Source of the DNA: Deltaproteobacteria bacterium
Lineage (GTDB): Bacteria > Myxococcota_A > Polyangia > Polyangiales > Houyiibacteriaceae
Direction of reading: 5' to 3'
Length of the DNA stretch: 64,000 nt
NCBI GenBank assembly: GCA_034670305.1
Contig: JAXMNT010000037.1
Location: 14,308-78,307 of the forward strand
The notes beneath the pieces are model-generated. The model ran no database searches, had not been told where the DNA came from, and saw only the letters and a program-made list of their open reading frames with translations. Each line of letters starts with the position of its first letter. Position 1 is the first letter of the stretch. This document shows, piece after piece, positions 11,611-20,794 of this stretch. Both the position numbers and the translations under genes were made by a program.

Positions 11611-12633
11611 GTGCGGATAATCCTGACGTTGGGTTGGTTGGTCTGTGTGGGGACCGTCTTCTGCGCTGCGCCCGTTCTGGCGCAGACGGGTGACGTGCAA
11701 GCAGCCGCCCGTGCGTTCGAAGAGGGGCAACGCGCCCAACTCCAGCAGCAGTACGCCCGTGCCGCGCAGTTCTTCGAGATCGCCCACCGGGCTGCGCCCG
11801 CACCAGCCGCGATCCGCGCAGCGATCCGCAACCACCGGGCCGCGGGCGCCCTGCCCCGCGCCGCGACACTGTCGCTCGAGGCAAGCTCCGACTACGCGGA
11901 GGACGCAGAGACGCTTGCGCTCGCGCGCTCGGTGCTCGAGGAAGCGGGTCGCACCCTGGGTCAGGTGGAAGTGACGTGTGCGGCGCCCTGTGCCGTCTCC
12001 ATCGACGGCCGCCTCGCGACGCTCGAGGCAGCGGAGTCGATTCGGGTCTTCGTCGCGCCCGGGGACCACGAGATCAACGCGCGCTTCGGAGAAGTGGATG
12101 CCCCGCCGCAATCGTGGACCGCCACGGCCGGACAGTCCGGCGCGGTGTCGTTCGACGCACCGGTTGCGGATCCCGACCCCGACCCCACCGAGCCCGATCC
12201 CAGCGACGGCCAGAACGTCCAAGCAGATCCAGAAGATGGGAACAGCTCGTTCCGGCGTGACCCGGTACAGCTCGAGCGCACTTCGGCCAGCGGCCTGTCC
12301 CCCGCGGTGACCTGGGTGGGCATCGGCGCGACCGCGGTCGTGGGCGCCGTGTTCGTGTGGTCGCTCGTCGATGTCGGGAACGCCAGCGACAACTACCACT
12401 CGAACCCGACCCGAGATGGTTTCGAGGAAGGGCAAGACAAGGTGCGCCGGATGGCGATCCTCGGCGCCACCACGGGGGTGCTCGGCGTCGCCACGCTGCT
12501 GATCGCCACACTCGGAACCCGCTGGGAGGGGCAAGATGCCGCCCATCCGGCCGCCGACACCCGGGCTTCGGTCTGGGTTGGCCAAGACGGCGGCGGGTTG
12601 GTGGTTTCCGGTTCGATCGGACGCACCCAGTGA
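11611..12633 (+). CDS. Secreted/membrane TPR plus PEGA-like protein
   Basis: Signal peptide, TPR-like helices (AARAFEEG...YARAAQFFE.A), PEGA-like V.IDG..V.PGDHEI segment, C-terminal hydrophobic hairpin. Confidence 0.7.
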   Translation: MRIILTLGWLVCVGTVFCAAPVLAQTGDVQAAARAFEEGQRAQLQQQYARAAQFFEIAHRAAPAPAAIRAAIRNHRAAGALPRAATLSLEASSDYAEDAETLALARSVLEEAGRTLGQVEVTCAAPCAVSIDGRLATLEAAESIRVFVAPGDHEINARFGEVDAPPQSWTATAGQSGAVSFDAPVADPDPDPTEPDPSDGQNVQADPEDGNSSFRRDPVQLERTSASGLSPAVTWVGIGATAVVGAVFVWSLVDVGNASDNYHSNPTRDGFEEGQDKVRRMAILGATTGVLGVATLLIATLGTRWEGQDAAHPAADTRASVWVGQDGGGLVVSGSIGRTQ

Positions 12634-12652
12634 GTCGGTGCCCTCAGACGGG

Positions 12653-14332
12653 ATGGGCGCAGTGAGCGCTCGAACGAGCAAGGCGCCCTCTCGCCGTTTG
12701 CTCGGCCGGTATGAGATCGTCGCCGAGATCGCGCGTGGCGGCATGGGCACGGTGTTCCTCGCGCGCGTCGAAGGCGTTGGTGGGTTCAAGCGTCTCTTCG
12801 CGGTGAAGCTCATGCACCGGCACCTCGCGTCGGAGCCGCAGTTCGTCCACATGCTTCTCGACGAAGCGCGGCTGGCTTCGCAGCTGCACCACCCGAACGC
12901 GGTGGGCGTGGTCGATGTCGACGAGTCGTCGCTCGGGCTCTACATCGTGATGGAGTACGTGAACGGTTTCGCGCTGGACGACGTGCTCAAGAAGCTTCGT
13001 GAGGTCCCTCCGGCGGAACGCATGCGCATCGGACTGCGCGTCTGGCTCGACTCGGTTCGAGGCCTCACGGCCGCGCACCAGCTCAAGGACGACGAGGGGA
13101 CCTCCCTCGGCATCGTGCACCGCGACGTCTCCCCGCAGAACATCCTGGTCGGGCTCGACGGAGCGGGTCGCATCACAGACTTCGGCGTGGCCCGCGCCGC
13201 CGAACGCATCACGTCGTCGCATCCGGGCATGATCAAGGGCAAGCCCTGCTACATGGCGCCCGAGCAGGCGCGCGGAGAAGCCACCCTCGATGCCCGCGCG
13301 GACATCTTCGCGCTCGGCATCATCCTCTGGGAAGTCCTCACGGGCCGGATGCTCTTCGAGAACGAAGCTGGTCCAGCCGTGACGCTGGTCCAGGTCGTCA
13401 ACAAGCCGCTCCAGCCGCCCTCCACCGTGTGCGCCGAAGCCGCGCCGCTGGACGACGTGTGCATGAAGGCCCTCGACCGCGCGCTCGAGAAGCGGCACCA
13501 GGACGGGCGCTCGCTCTACGAAGAAGTGGAGCAGGTGGCCCGCGAAGCGGGGCTGCTGGCGACCCAAGAAGAAGTCGCCGACTTCATGCGCGAGGCGTTC
13601 TTCGAGGAGATCGGCGCCCGCAAGTCGGCGATCAAAGATCATCTCTCCGCGATCGGCGATGCGAGCTCGAAGGAGATGCAAGAGAGCGACATCTACCAGG
13701 TGCCCTCGCTGAAGTCGTCGCCTCGCGTCGAGCGAACCTCGATCGAGACACCCCAGCCCAAGACGGGGCCGTGGCACGAGACGCCCGAGCCGCAGGAGGC
13801 GTTCGTCTCCGAGAGCGGCGAACGGGTCCGCGCCCTCACCCCGCTTTCGCTTCCGCCGGCACCGACGCGATGGCGCCGAGTGGCGATCGCGTTCGGACTG
13901 ATCGGCCTGCTGATGGCGGGACTCGCCGTGTGGGTCATGAACGGTCGCGAAGCCGACGCAGCGGAACGCCGTCGCGAAGCACGGGCCCAGGCTTCGGAGG
14001 AAGCGGCAGCCGAAGAACGGCTCGACGCGGAGAACGCCACCGAGGCAGCGGTGGCCGAGGCGGTCTCGGAAGCGATGGCGGAAGCGGAGACGCAGCGCGC
14101 CGCGGCCGAAGCCCTGCGCGTTGCGGCGGAGGCCGTGGAGGTCGAGCAGGCCGAGGCAGAGCGTGCGGAAGTGGCCCGCGTGGCGGAAGAAGCCCGCTCG
14201 GCAGAAGAGACGGAGCGCGCCCGGGCGAGGCGCCGCGACCGCACGGAGACGGACATGGTCGACCCCCCCGGCATGGGCATGGGCATGGAGACGATGGAAC
14301 CGGGATTCGAGACCAACCCCTACCTGCGATGA
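12653..14332 (+). CDS. Hanks-type Ser/Thr protein kinase with one TM helix
   Basis: ARGGMGTV, AVK, HRDVSPQN, DFG, YMAPE, DIFALG; TM segment near residue 410 followed by an Ala/Glu coiled region. Confidence 0.95.
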   Translation: MGAVSARTSKAPSRRLLGRYEIVAEIARGGMGTVFLARVEGVGGFKRLFAVKLMHRHLASEPQFVHMLLDEARLASQLHHPNAVGVVDVDESSLGLYIVMEYVNGFALDDVLKKLREVPPAERMRIGLRVWLDSVRGLTAAHQLKDDEGTSLGIVHRDVSPQNILVGLDGAGRITDFGVARAAERITSSHPGMIKGKPCYMAPEQARGEATLDARADIFALGIILWEVLTGRMLFENEAGPAVTLVQVVNKPLQPPSTVCAEAAPLDDVCMKALDRALEKRHQDGRSLYEEVEQVAREAGLLATQEEVADFMREAFFEEIGARKSAIKDHLSAIGDASSKEMQESDIYQVPSLKSSPRVERTSIETPQPKTGPWHETPEPQEAFVSESGERVRALTPLSLPPAPTRWRRVAIAFGLIGLLMAGLAVWVMNGREADAAERRREARAQASEEAAAEERLDAENATEAAVAEAVSEAMAEAETQRAAAEALRVAAEAVEVEQAEAERAEVARVAEEARSAEETERARARRRDRTETDMVDPPGMGMGMETMEPGFETNPYLR

Positions 14333-14342
14333 CGCATCTTCC

Positions 14343-15395
14343 ATGACTCCGTTCCCCCGACCTCAACCCCTCCCCGCATGGCCTCGCCTCCTCGCCTGCG
14401 TGCTCGGCTCGGGTTTGCTCCTGCACTGCGACTACTTTCCCGAGTCTCTCTTGGACGGTTCGGTCGAGAACGACGCGCCGGATGGTTCGGTCGCGGCGTT
14501 CGCCCTCGCCGAGACGTGTGTGGGCGATGTGCCCATGGTCACCGACGACCTCGACAACGTGCCGATCGATCTGACCACCTTGAGCGACGACATCAGCGAC
14601 ATCGGCTTCTGCACCGGCGCAGACGCTCCAGGCAACGACGGCTTCTTCGGCGTTCAGATGGAGGCCGGCGAGAAGTGGCACTTCCACCTGCGCACCGTCA
14701 GCGAAGACATGCGCAACCCGGCCATCTATGTGCTCGACTCGTCCTGCGACTCGCGCCGCTGCATGGCCGGCGACGCGATCGATGTGTGTGGTGAAGGAAG
14801 GGACGAGCACCTCTCCTTCGTCGCACCGCGCGCCGGGCTGTATTACGTGGGCATCGACAGTCGCGTGGTCGGCGGGGCGATGTACCAACTGGTCGCGCTG
14901 CGGCCGGTGTGCGGCAACGACGACGTCGAGCACAGCGAGACCTGCGACGACGGCAACACCGAGTCGGGCGACGGGTGCGACGCCACGTGCCGTCACGAAC
15001 TACCGCACCCCATGACCGGCATGGCCGAAGCGGAGCCGAACGACGATCCCACCGGCGCGAACCGAATCGTCGCTGGGACCGGCAACGTCACGGGCCGACT
15101 CGGCGGCCGATGCGACACCGATCTGTTCTCGTTCGACGTGGAGGAGGGCACCAACGTGAACGTCGCGCTCCGCGGAGCCGGCGGCGTGGCCTGTCCCGTC
15201 GGCACGCCCACGTTCTCGCTGCAGCTTCTGGCCGCCAACGCGACCAGTTTGGTGGCCGCGGGAAACGTTCCGGACGGCGAGAACTGTCCGGTGCTGACCG
15301 CGACTGGGCTGACCGCCGGCACGTACTACGTCTCGGTGACGACCGACGAGAACGAGCGCCCGTTCGACTACACGCTCGCGGTCACCCAGCCGTAG
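14343..15395 (+). CDS. Cys-rich lipoprotein (myxobacterial CGN...E.CDDGN..SGDGC repeat plus PPC-like domains)
   Basis: LLLH-C lipobox-like signal, VCGNDDVEHSETCDDGNTESGDGCDATC, EAEPND, GTYYVSV. Confidence 0.8.
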   Translation: MTPFPRPQPLPAWPRLLACVLGSGLLLHCDYFPESLLDGSVENDAPDGSVAAFALAETCVGDVPMVTDDLDNVPIDLTTLSDDISDIGFCTGADAPGNDGFFGVQMEAGEKWHFHLRTVSEDMRNPAIYVLDSSCDSRRCMAGDAIDVCGEGRDEHLSFVAPRAGLYYVGIDSRVVGGAMYQLVALRPVCGNDDVEHSETCDDGNTESGDGCDATCRHELPHPMTGMAEAEPNDDPTGANRIVAGTGNVTGRLGGRCDTDLFSFDVEEGTNVNVALRGAGGVACPVGTPTFSLQLLAANATSLVAAGNVPDGENCPVLTATGLTAGTYYVSVTTDENERPFDYTLAVTQP

Positions 15396-16223
15396 GGAAC
15401 CCAGCCGTAGGGAACACCGACCACGACCCGTCCTGAAGCACGCACAGACCTTCGGACGTGTGCGTGACCACGGTGTGGGCGTTGGCAGCGACGCGTCGCA
15501 GTCGAACTTGGCGCAGGTGCGCTCGGTCGTGACTTCGTTGCCGCGGACCCGGAGCAGTGCGCGGCCGGAGGTCACGAACAGTTCGTCGTTCGGACCGGCG
15601 GCGATGCGCTGGAGATCTTCGTCTTCGTCGCCAACGTCGATGCACTCCAGGCCACTGCGATCGCCGACCAGCAGCAGCGCGCCGTCCGCGGAGACGCCAC
15701 ACATCGCAACGCGTCCATCCGACAGCGTGGTGGCGCCGTTGACGCAGCTGCCAGCGGGGGTCGAGAGGGTGCGCCACTGGTTGCCGTCGAAGTGGGCGAC
15801 GCCGTTCTCTCCGCCGACGTACACGTTGTCCGGCCCACCGGCGATTCCAGCGAGGTAGCTCATGTCGTCGTTGGGCAGACCCGTGTCGAGGATCCGCCAG
15901 AGGCCATCCTTGCAGTGCGCGACCTGCGGTCCATACCCACCCACCCAGACGTCGTCGTCGCTGGTTCCCCACACGGTGATGAGGTCGTCGACCAGGTCGA
16001 GCTTCTGGGTTTTCCATGGGCGCTTGGCGTCCGACCGAGCAGGACGCGAACCGTGCTTCTTGCCGACGATGTGAATGGTGCCCTGCGGCGACACCCAGAG
16101 GTCCTGTGCTCGGTCCCCACGTTCACGGAGCAGCGACCAATCCGAGCCCGTCCAGCGTCCGACCCGGCCGCGCGAGAACGCGCCGACGATGTGTCCATCC
16201 GGATCCAAGGCAAGGGCGTGCAT
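15382..16223 (-). pseudogene. Beta-propeller-like protein with a frameshift near 15500 (or a sequencing error)
   Basis: Repeats such as VWGTSDDDVWVGG and AHFDGNQW. The natural C-terminus (RRVAANAH..LQDGSWSVF) lies in another frame ending at 15382; the unshifted ORF runs antisense into the neighbouring gene. Confidence 0.6.
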
Positions 16224-16243
16224 CGAGCAGCACTACCACGGCA

Positions 16244-16678
16244 CTACAGAGAGAACCTCAACCGGACCCCTGCGCCGTGCCGGTCCGCCCACGCTTCGGG
16301 ATGCGTTCCCCAGTCGGTTCCGAGCACCGCGAGCAGCACGGTTCCGATGCCCGCGAGCGCAGTCCCGATCCCTGTGCCCCACGTTTGGCGTCGGCTCTCC
16401 TCCAGCGCGGACTGGTGCTCCGCCGAGAGGTTGACGTCTTCACGGGCTTCGAAGGTGTTCACCAGAGACCAAACCGTGACCGTGCCGAGCGCGGCGGTCG
16501 CGAGCAGACCCACCCAGGTCACCCACTGCGGCAGCTGCACCCGTCCCTCGTGTTCGAGGTGGATGGGCGTGCGGCGGAACTCGCCGCGCGTGGCGGGTGA
16601 AGCGGGCTGGGCCGTGGCCGTGCCGATCGAACCGAGCAAGAGTGCCGTCACCAACCAAGCGCAGAACTTCGAGTGCAT
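16244..16678 (-). CDS. Hypothetical exported/membrane protein homologous to the C-terminus of 11611..12633
   Basis: Signal peptide; shares VTWVG...VWSLV...LGT.W with the PEGA-like protein. Confidence 0.65.
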   Translation of the reverse strand: MHSKFCAWLVTALLLGSIGTATAQPASPATRGEFRRTPIHLEHEGRVQLPQWVTWVGLLATAALGTVTVWSLVNTFEAREDVNLSAEHQSALEESRRQTWGTGIGTALAGIGTVLLAVLGTDWGTHPEAWADRHGAGVRLRFSL

Positions 16679-16781
16679 GGGTCCCCCTAGAACACGTTCT
16701 AGCACTCGGCGCCAACCGATGCACGCACGCCGACTCTCCGTTTCCTCCTTCTTGGCACCGCGGTTTCGGTTTGCCTGCCTT

Positions 16782-16800
16782 GTTGAAAGTCACTATCAAC
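16782..16800 (+). promoter_or_regulatory. Putative Fur-type iron operator
   Basis: 19-bp imperfect palindrome GTTGAAAGTCACTATCAAC, AT-rich in a GC-rich genome, 5 bp upstream of feoA. Confidence 0.65.
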
Positions 16801-16805
16801 TTCTC

Positions 16806-17066
16806 GTGACCGAGCCCTTGACCCTCGATCGTTTGCCGGTGGGCGAGTCGCGCGTGGTTGCGGCCGTCGGCATTCCGAGCGGTGACCGGCTCGTTCGATG
16901 CCGCCTGCTGGAGATGGGGTTGCTGCCCGGAACCGAAGTCCGCGTGGTGCGGCGCGCTCCGCTCGGGGATCCGATCGAGCTGCGGTTGCGTGGTTACGCG
17001 CTCTCGCTTCGGCGGGAAGAAGCCGCCGCCGTCTCGCTTCGACCGACGGACCGGGCCGAACCGTGA
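16806..17066 (+). CDS. feoA: Ferrous iron transport protein A
   Basis: RLLEMGLLPGTEV.VVRRAPLGDPIEL.LRGY.LSLRREEA. Confidence 0.92.
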   Translation: MTEPLTLDRLPVGESRVVAAVGIPSGDRLVRCRLLEMGLLPGTEVRVVRRAPLGDPIELRLRGYALSLRREEAAAVSLRPTDRAEP

Positions 17067-19213
17067 GCGCGGCGGCGGGCAAACCGCGCACGGTGCTGCT
17101 CGCGGGCAACCCCAACACTGGCAAGACCACCGTCTTCAACCAGCTCGCCGGGACACGCGCGCGCACGGGCAACTACCCCGGTGTCACGGTGGATCGGCGC
17201 ACCGCGAAACTCGACTTCGCGGGACACGAAATCGAGCTGGTCGATCTTCCCGGGACCTACAGCCTGACGGCGCGCTCCCCCGAAGAGCGGATCGCGGTGG
17301 ACGCGATTCAGACGCACGCGCCGCACGCGTGTGTGGTGGTCGTCGATGCGGCCGCCCCAGCCCGTGGTTTGTACCTGGCGCATCAGATCGCCGAGACCGG
17401 CACGCCGATCGTGCTCGCCCTCAACATGATGGACGAGGCCCGCAGCGCGGGGACGGAGATCGACGAAGCGGTCCTGGCGAAGCGATTGAATGCCGAGGTG
17501 GTCGCGATCGTGGCCTCTCGAGGCGAAGGGCTCGTTGCGCTTCAGCAGGCGGTGGTCCGGGCGATGGAGCGACCGCGCGAGCCGCTCGCGTTGGCGTTCG
17601 ATGAAGCGACCACCCGAGACGTCGCGGAGGTCGCAGCGTCCGTCCCGTTCCAAGGCGACCCGCACGCGTGGGCGGTGTGGGCGCTCCTGAGTTTCGGGGC
17701 CGACGAACTGGAGCTGACGCCGGAGCTCGATGGGGCGGTGGCCGAAGTCCGGGCGCGGGCGGAGAAAGAGGGACGCGACCTCGACGCCTTGCTCGTCGAA
17801 GCGCGCTACGCGGTGGTGGACGAAGTCGTCGCTCAGAGCGTGCGCAGCGGCGCACGGCACCGCGCGCTCACCGATCGGCTGGACGCGGTGCTGGTTCATC
17901 CGGTGCTCGGTCTCTTGGTCTTCGCGCTGGTCATGTTCGTGATCTTCGAAGCCCTCTTCACCGGGGCCGACCCAGCCATCGGTTGGATCGAATCGAGCGT
18001 CGGGTGGGCGCAGGAGTTCGTGCAGGGCGCGATGGCCGAGGGACCGCTCCGCGACCTGCTCTCTCAAGGCGTCATCGCCGGCGTCGGCAACGTCGTCGTG
18101 TTCGTTCCCCAGATCGCGCTGCTGTTCTTGCTGATCGCGTTCCTGGAAGACTCGGGCTACTTGGCGCGCGTCGCGTTCGTGATCGATCGCGTGATGAAGG
18201 GTGTGGGTCTGCACGGCAAAGCGTTCGTGCCGCTGCTCAGCGGGTTCGCCTGCGCGATCCCGGCCGTCATGGCGACCCGGACGATCGAGAGCCGCAAGGA
18301 TCGACTCGTGACGATGATGGCGCTGCCGCTGATGAGTTGCAGCGCACGCCTGCCGGTCTACGTGCTCATCACGGCGACGGTGTTCGCGCACGAAGCCCGC
18401 GTGCTCGGTCTCTTCAGCGTCGGCGCCATCGTGCTGTTCGCGATGTACGCGCTTTCGGTGGTCGCGACGCTCGGTGCCGCCGCGGTGCTCCGTCGCACCG
18501 TGCTCCGTGGGCCGCGTCCGACGCTGGTGCTCGAGCTGCCGCCCTACCGGATGCCGCTGCTCGGCAACCTCGTGCGCCAGACCTGGACGCGGGTGCGAAG
18601 TTTTCTCGTCGACGCGGGCACGATCATTCTGGCCCTCACGATCGTGCTCTGGGCGCTCTTGACCTACCCCCACGATCAGCCAGCCGAAGCTGCGTTCGAG
18701 GAGCGCCGGGTCGAAGCGCAGGCGACGCTCGAGGGAGAGGCGCTCGAGGAGGAACTCGGCGCCATCCAGGCGGAGGCACAGGCGGCGGCGCTCGAGTACA
18801 GCGCCGCGGGCCGGGTCGGCAAAGGCATCGAGCCGGCGCTCGAACCGCTTGGCATGGACTGGCGGATCGGCGTGGGCGTGATCGGCGCGTTCGCGGCCCG
18901 TGAGGTATTTGTCTCGACCCTGGGCATGGTCTTCGGCGTCGGCGAAGTGGACGAGGAGAGCGTGCCGCTCCGGGAACGACTTCGGTCCGCCGTGAAACCG
19001 GATGGCACCCCGTTGATGACGCCGCTGAGCGGTGTCGCGCTGATGGTGTTCTTCGTGCTGGCCGCCCAGTGCATGAGCACCTTGGCGGTGGTCAAACGCG
19101 AGAGCGGCAGCTGGAAGTGGCCGCTCTTGATGCTCGGCTACATGACGGTTCTGGCCTACCTCGCGAGCTTGCTGACGTTTCAGGTAGGCTCCCTGCTGGG
19201 GTGGGGCACATGA
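17063..19213 (+). CDS. feoB: Ferrous iron transport protein B
   Basis: GNPNTGKT, GNYPGVTV, DLPGTYSL, NMMDE, LEDSGYLAR, PLMSCSARLPVY, ELPPYR. Confidence 0.97.
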   Translation: MSAAAGKPRTVLLAGNPNTGKTTVFNQLAGTRARTGNYPGVTVDRRTAKLDFAGHEIELVDLPGTYSLTARSPEERIAVDAIQTHAPHACVVVVDAAAPARGLYLAHQIAETGTPIVLALNMMDEARSAGTEIDEAVLAKRLNAEVVAIVASRGEGLVALQQAVVRAMERPREPLALAFDEATTRDVAEVAASVPFQGDPHAWAVWALLSFGADELELTPELDGAVAEVRARAEKEGRDLDALLVEARYAVVDEVVAQSVRSGARHRALTDRLDAVLVHPVLGLLVFALVMFVIFEALFTGADPAIGWIESSVGWAQEFVQGAMAEGPLRDLLSQGVIAGVGNVVVFVPQIALLFLLIAFLEDSGYLARVAFVIDRVMKGVGLHGKAFVPLLSGFACAIPAVMATRTIESRKDRLVTMMALPLMSCSARLPVYVLITATVFAHEARVLGLFSVGAIVLFAMYALSVVATLGAAAVLRRTVLRGPRPTLVLELPPYRMPLLGNLVRQTWTRVRSFLVDAGTIILALTIVLWALLTYPHDQPAEAAFEERRVEAQATLEGEALEEELGAIQAEAQAAALEYSAAGRVGKGIEPALEPLGMDWRIGVGVIGAFAAREVFVSTLGMVFGVGEVDEESVPLRERLRSAVKPDGTPLMTPLSGVALMVFFVLAAQCMSTLAVVKRESGSWKWPLLMLGYMTVLAYLASLLTFQVGSLLGWGT

Positions 19214-19365
19214 CGATGCAGGAGATCGGTGTCGTCGTGCTCGTCTCCGCGGCCGTCTTCTACCTGGTGTGGAAGTTCGGCTTTCAGGGCCGCCAGAAGC
19301 CGAAGCCGCCGCGCGGCCCGGACGTCCCGCTCAGCCGTCTGCGCAAGAGCGCACGCGAGAAGTAG
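19210..19365 (+). CDS. Small FeoB-associated membrane protein (51 aa, no Cys)
   Basis: ATGA overlap with the feoB stop; one TM helix plus a basic tail. Confidence 0.6.
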   Translation: MTMQEIGVVVLVSAAVFYLVWKFGFQGRQKPKPPRGPDVPLSRLRKSAREK

Positions 19366-19375
19366 AACCAGACCA

Positions 19376-19437
19376 GGAAGTGGAAGCGGAAGCGGAAGCG
19401 GAAGCGGAAGCGGAAGCGGAAGCGGAAGCGGAAGCGG
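19376..19437 (+). repeat. Hexamer tract (GGAAGC)n, ~10 units
   Basis: Direct reading. Confidence 0.95.
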
Positions 19438-19478
19438 TCGATCTTGCGCAACGGTTTCGGGTGGTTACCCTGTGGCCC

Positions 19479-20456
19479 GTGGCGGCCGCTTCGTCTTTGG
19501 GACCCATCTCCAACTCTTCCCGGGACGCCAGACGTGAAGCCCGTGCGCGCGCGCATTTCCGGGTCCGCCGTTTTGCTGGGCCGGCGCTCCACGCCCACCA
19601 GGTCGACCACCTGCGGGTGGCCCACGTCACCGACCTGCACGTGGGCCGCATCACGTCGATGTTCACGCAGATGGAAGCGGTGCGGCTGGCGCGCGCGGCG
19701 AAACCGGACCTCGTGGTGATCACCGGCGACTTCGTTTGTCACAGCCAGCTTCATCTGCAGGATCTCACCGAGGTCATTCGCGCGTTCGACCTTCCGGTGT
19801 TCTGCGTGCTCGGCAATCACGATCACTGGAGCGGTGCGGACGCGGTTCGGCGTGCGTTGCGCAAAGGCGGCGCCGAGCTCTTGGACAACGCGTGGACGAG
19901 GTTTCAGATCCGAGGTCAGGAGCTCCAGCTCGTCGGTCTGGACGACGCCTACACCGGACACGCGCACCGGGCCCGCGCGCTCGCCGGCCTCAAGCCCGGC
20001 CGCGCCACCCTCGGCCTCTCCCACATCGCGGAAGAGGCGGACGGGCTCTGGGCGGGTGGGGTGCCGCTGGTGTTGAGCGGACACACCCACGCCGGACAGA
20101 TCACGGTCGCTCGGTTGCACGAGATCGCCGTCGGCAAACTGGCCGGGCATCGGTACGTGCACGGACTCTACGGCCGCCGCGCGGTGCGACCCGAGGTGCA
20201 CGAACCGAAGGGCGCCGTGTACGTCGGTGCAGGCGTCGGCGCCGCCGTCATGCCGCTGCGGGTTGGAGAGCGCGCCCGGCGCGAGGTCACGATCTTCGAA
20301 CTCGGAACCCCGCCCGGCACCTTCGACGAGCCGCTGCCCGAGCAGGCGCCACTCGCGGGGCGCAAGCCCTCGATGAAGAAGATGCTCGTGCGGGCGCAGG
20401 CGGTAGAGAAGAAGCGGCTCAAGCGGGAGCGCCGCGAAGCCCGCCGCAAACGCTGA
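19479..20456 (+). CDS. Metallophosphoesterase (YkuE/YaeI-like)
   Basis: TDLH, ITGD, LGNHD, LSH, SGHTHAGQ. Start codon uncertain. Confidence 0.85.
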   Translation: MAAASSLGPISNSSRDARREARARAHFRVRRFAGPALHAHQVDHLRVAHVTDLHVGRITSMFTQMEAVRLARAAKPDLVVITGDFVCHSQLHLQDLTEVIRAFDLPVFCVLGNHDHWSGADAVRRALRKGGAELLDNAWTRFQIRGQELQLVGLDDAYTGHAHRARALAGLKPGRATLGLSHIAEEADGLWAGGVPLVLSGHTHAGQITVARLHEIAVGKLAGHRYVHGLYGRRAVRPEVHEPKGAVYVGAGVGAAVMPLRVGERARREVTIFELGTPPGTFDEPLPEQAPLAGRKPSMKKMLVRAQAVEKKRLKRERREARRKR

Positions 20457-20543
20457 GCAGGGCGCGGGCCCACAGCCGATCCGTTCGCTGCGCCGATGCG
20501 TTCGCTGGGCGGCGGGCGACGCAGGGTCAGGAGCCGCGCAGGG

Positions 20544-20738
20544 TCAGGAGCCGCGCAGGCCGTTGATGTCCGTCGTCGAGTCGCGGACTTGGTACTCCAC
20601 CGCTTCTCCGAACGAACGCCACACGACGATCGCCAGGACCGCGATGAGTACCAGGATGATGATGTACTCGACCGTGCTCAGACCGGCCTGGTCGTGCTGG
20701 AGGTCCGCTGTCCGAGACGCCGTCCGTTGGATTCGCAT
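20544..20738 (-). CDS. Flp-family type IVb pilin-like protein
   Basis: 64 aa; AG|LSTVEY processing motif followed by a hydrophobic helix IIILVLIAVLAIVVW. Confidence 0.8.
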   Translation of the reverse strand: MRIQRTASRTADLQHDQAGLSTVEYIIILVLIAVLAIVVWRSFGEAVEYQVRDSTTDINGLRGS

Positions 20739-20794
20739 GCATCCCGAAGATAGCGAAAGCTGGCGCCCGGCGCATCCTCGAAGAAGTGCCTCGC

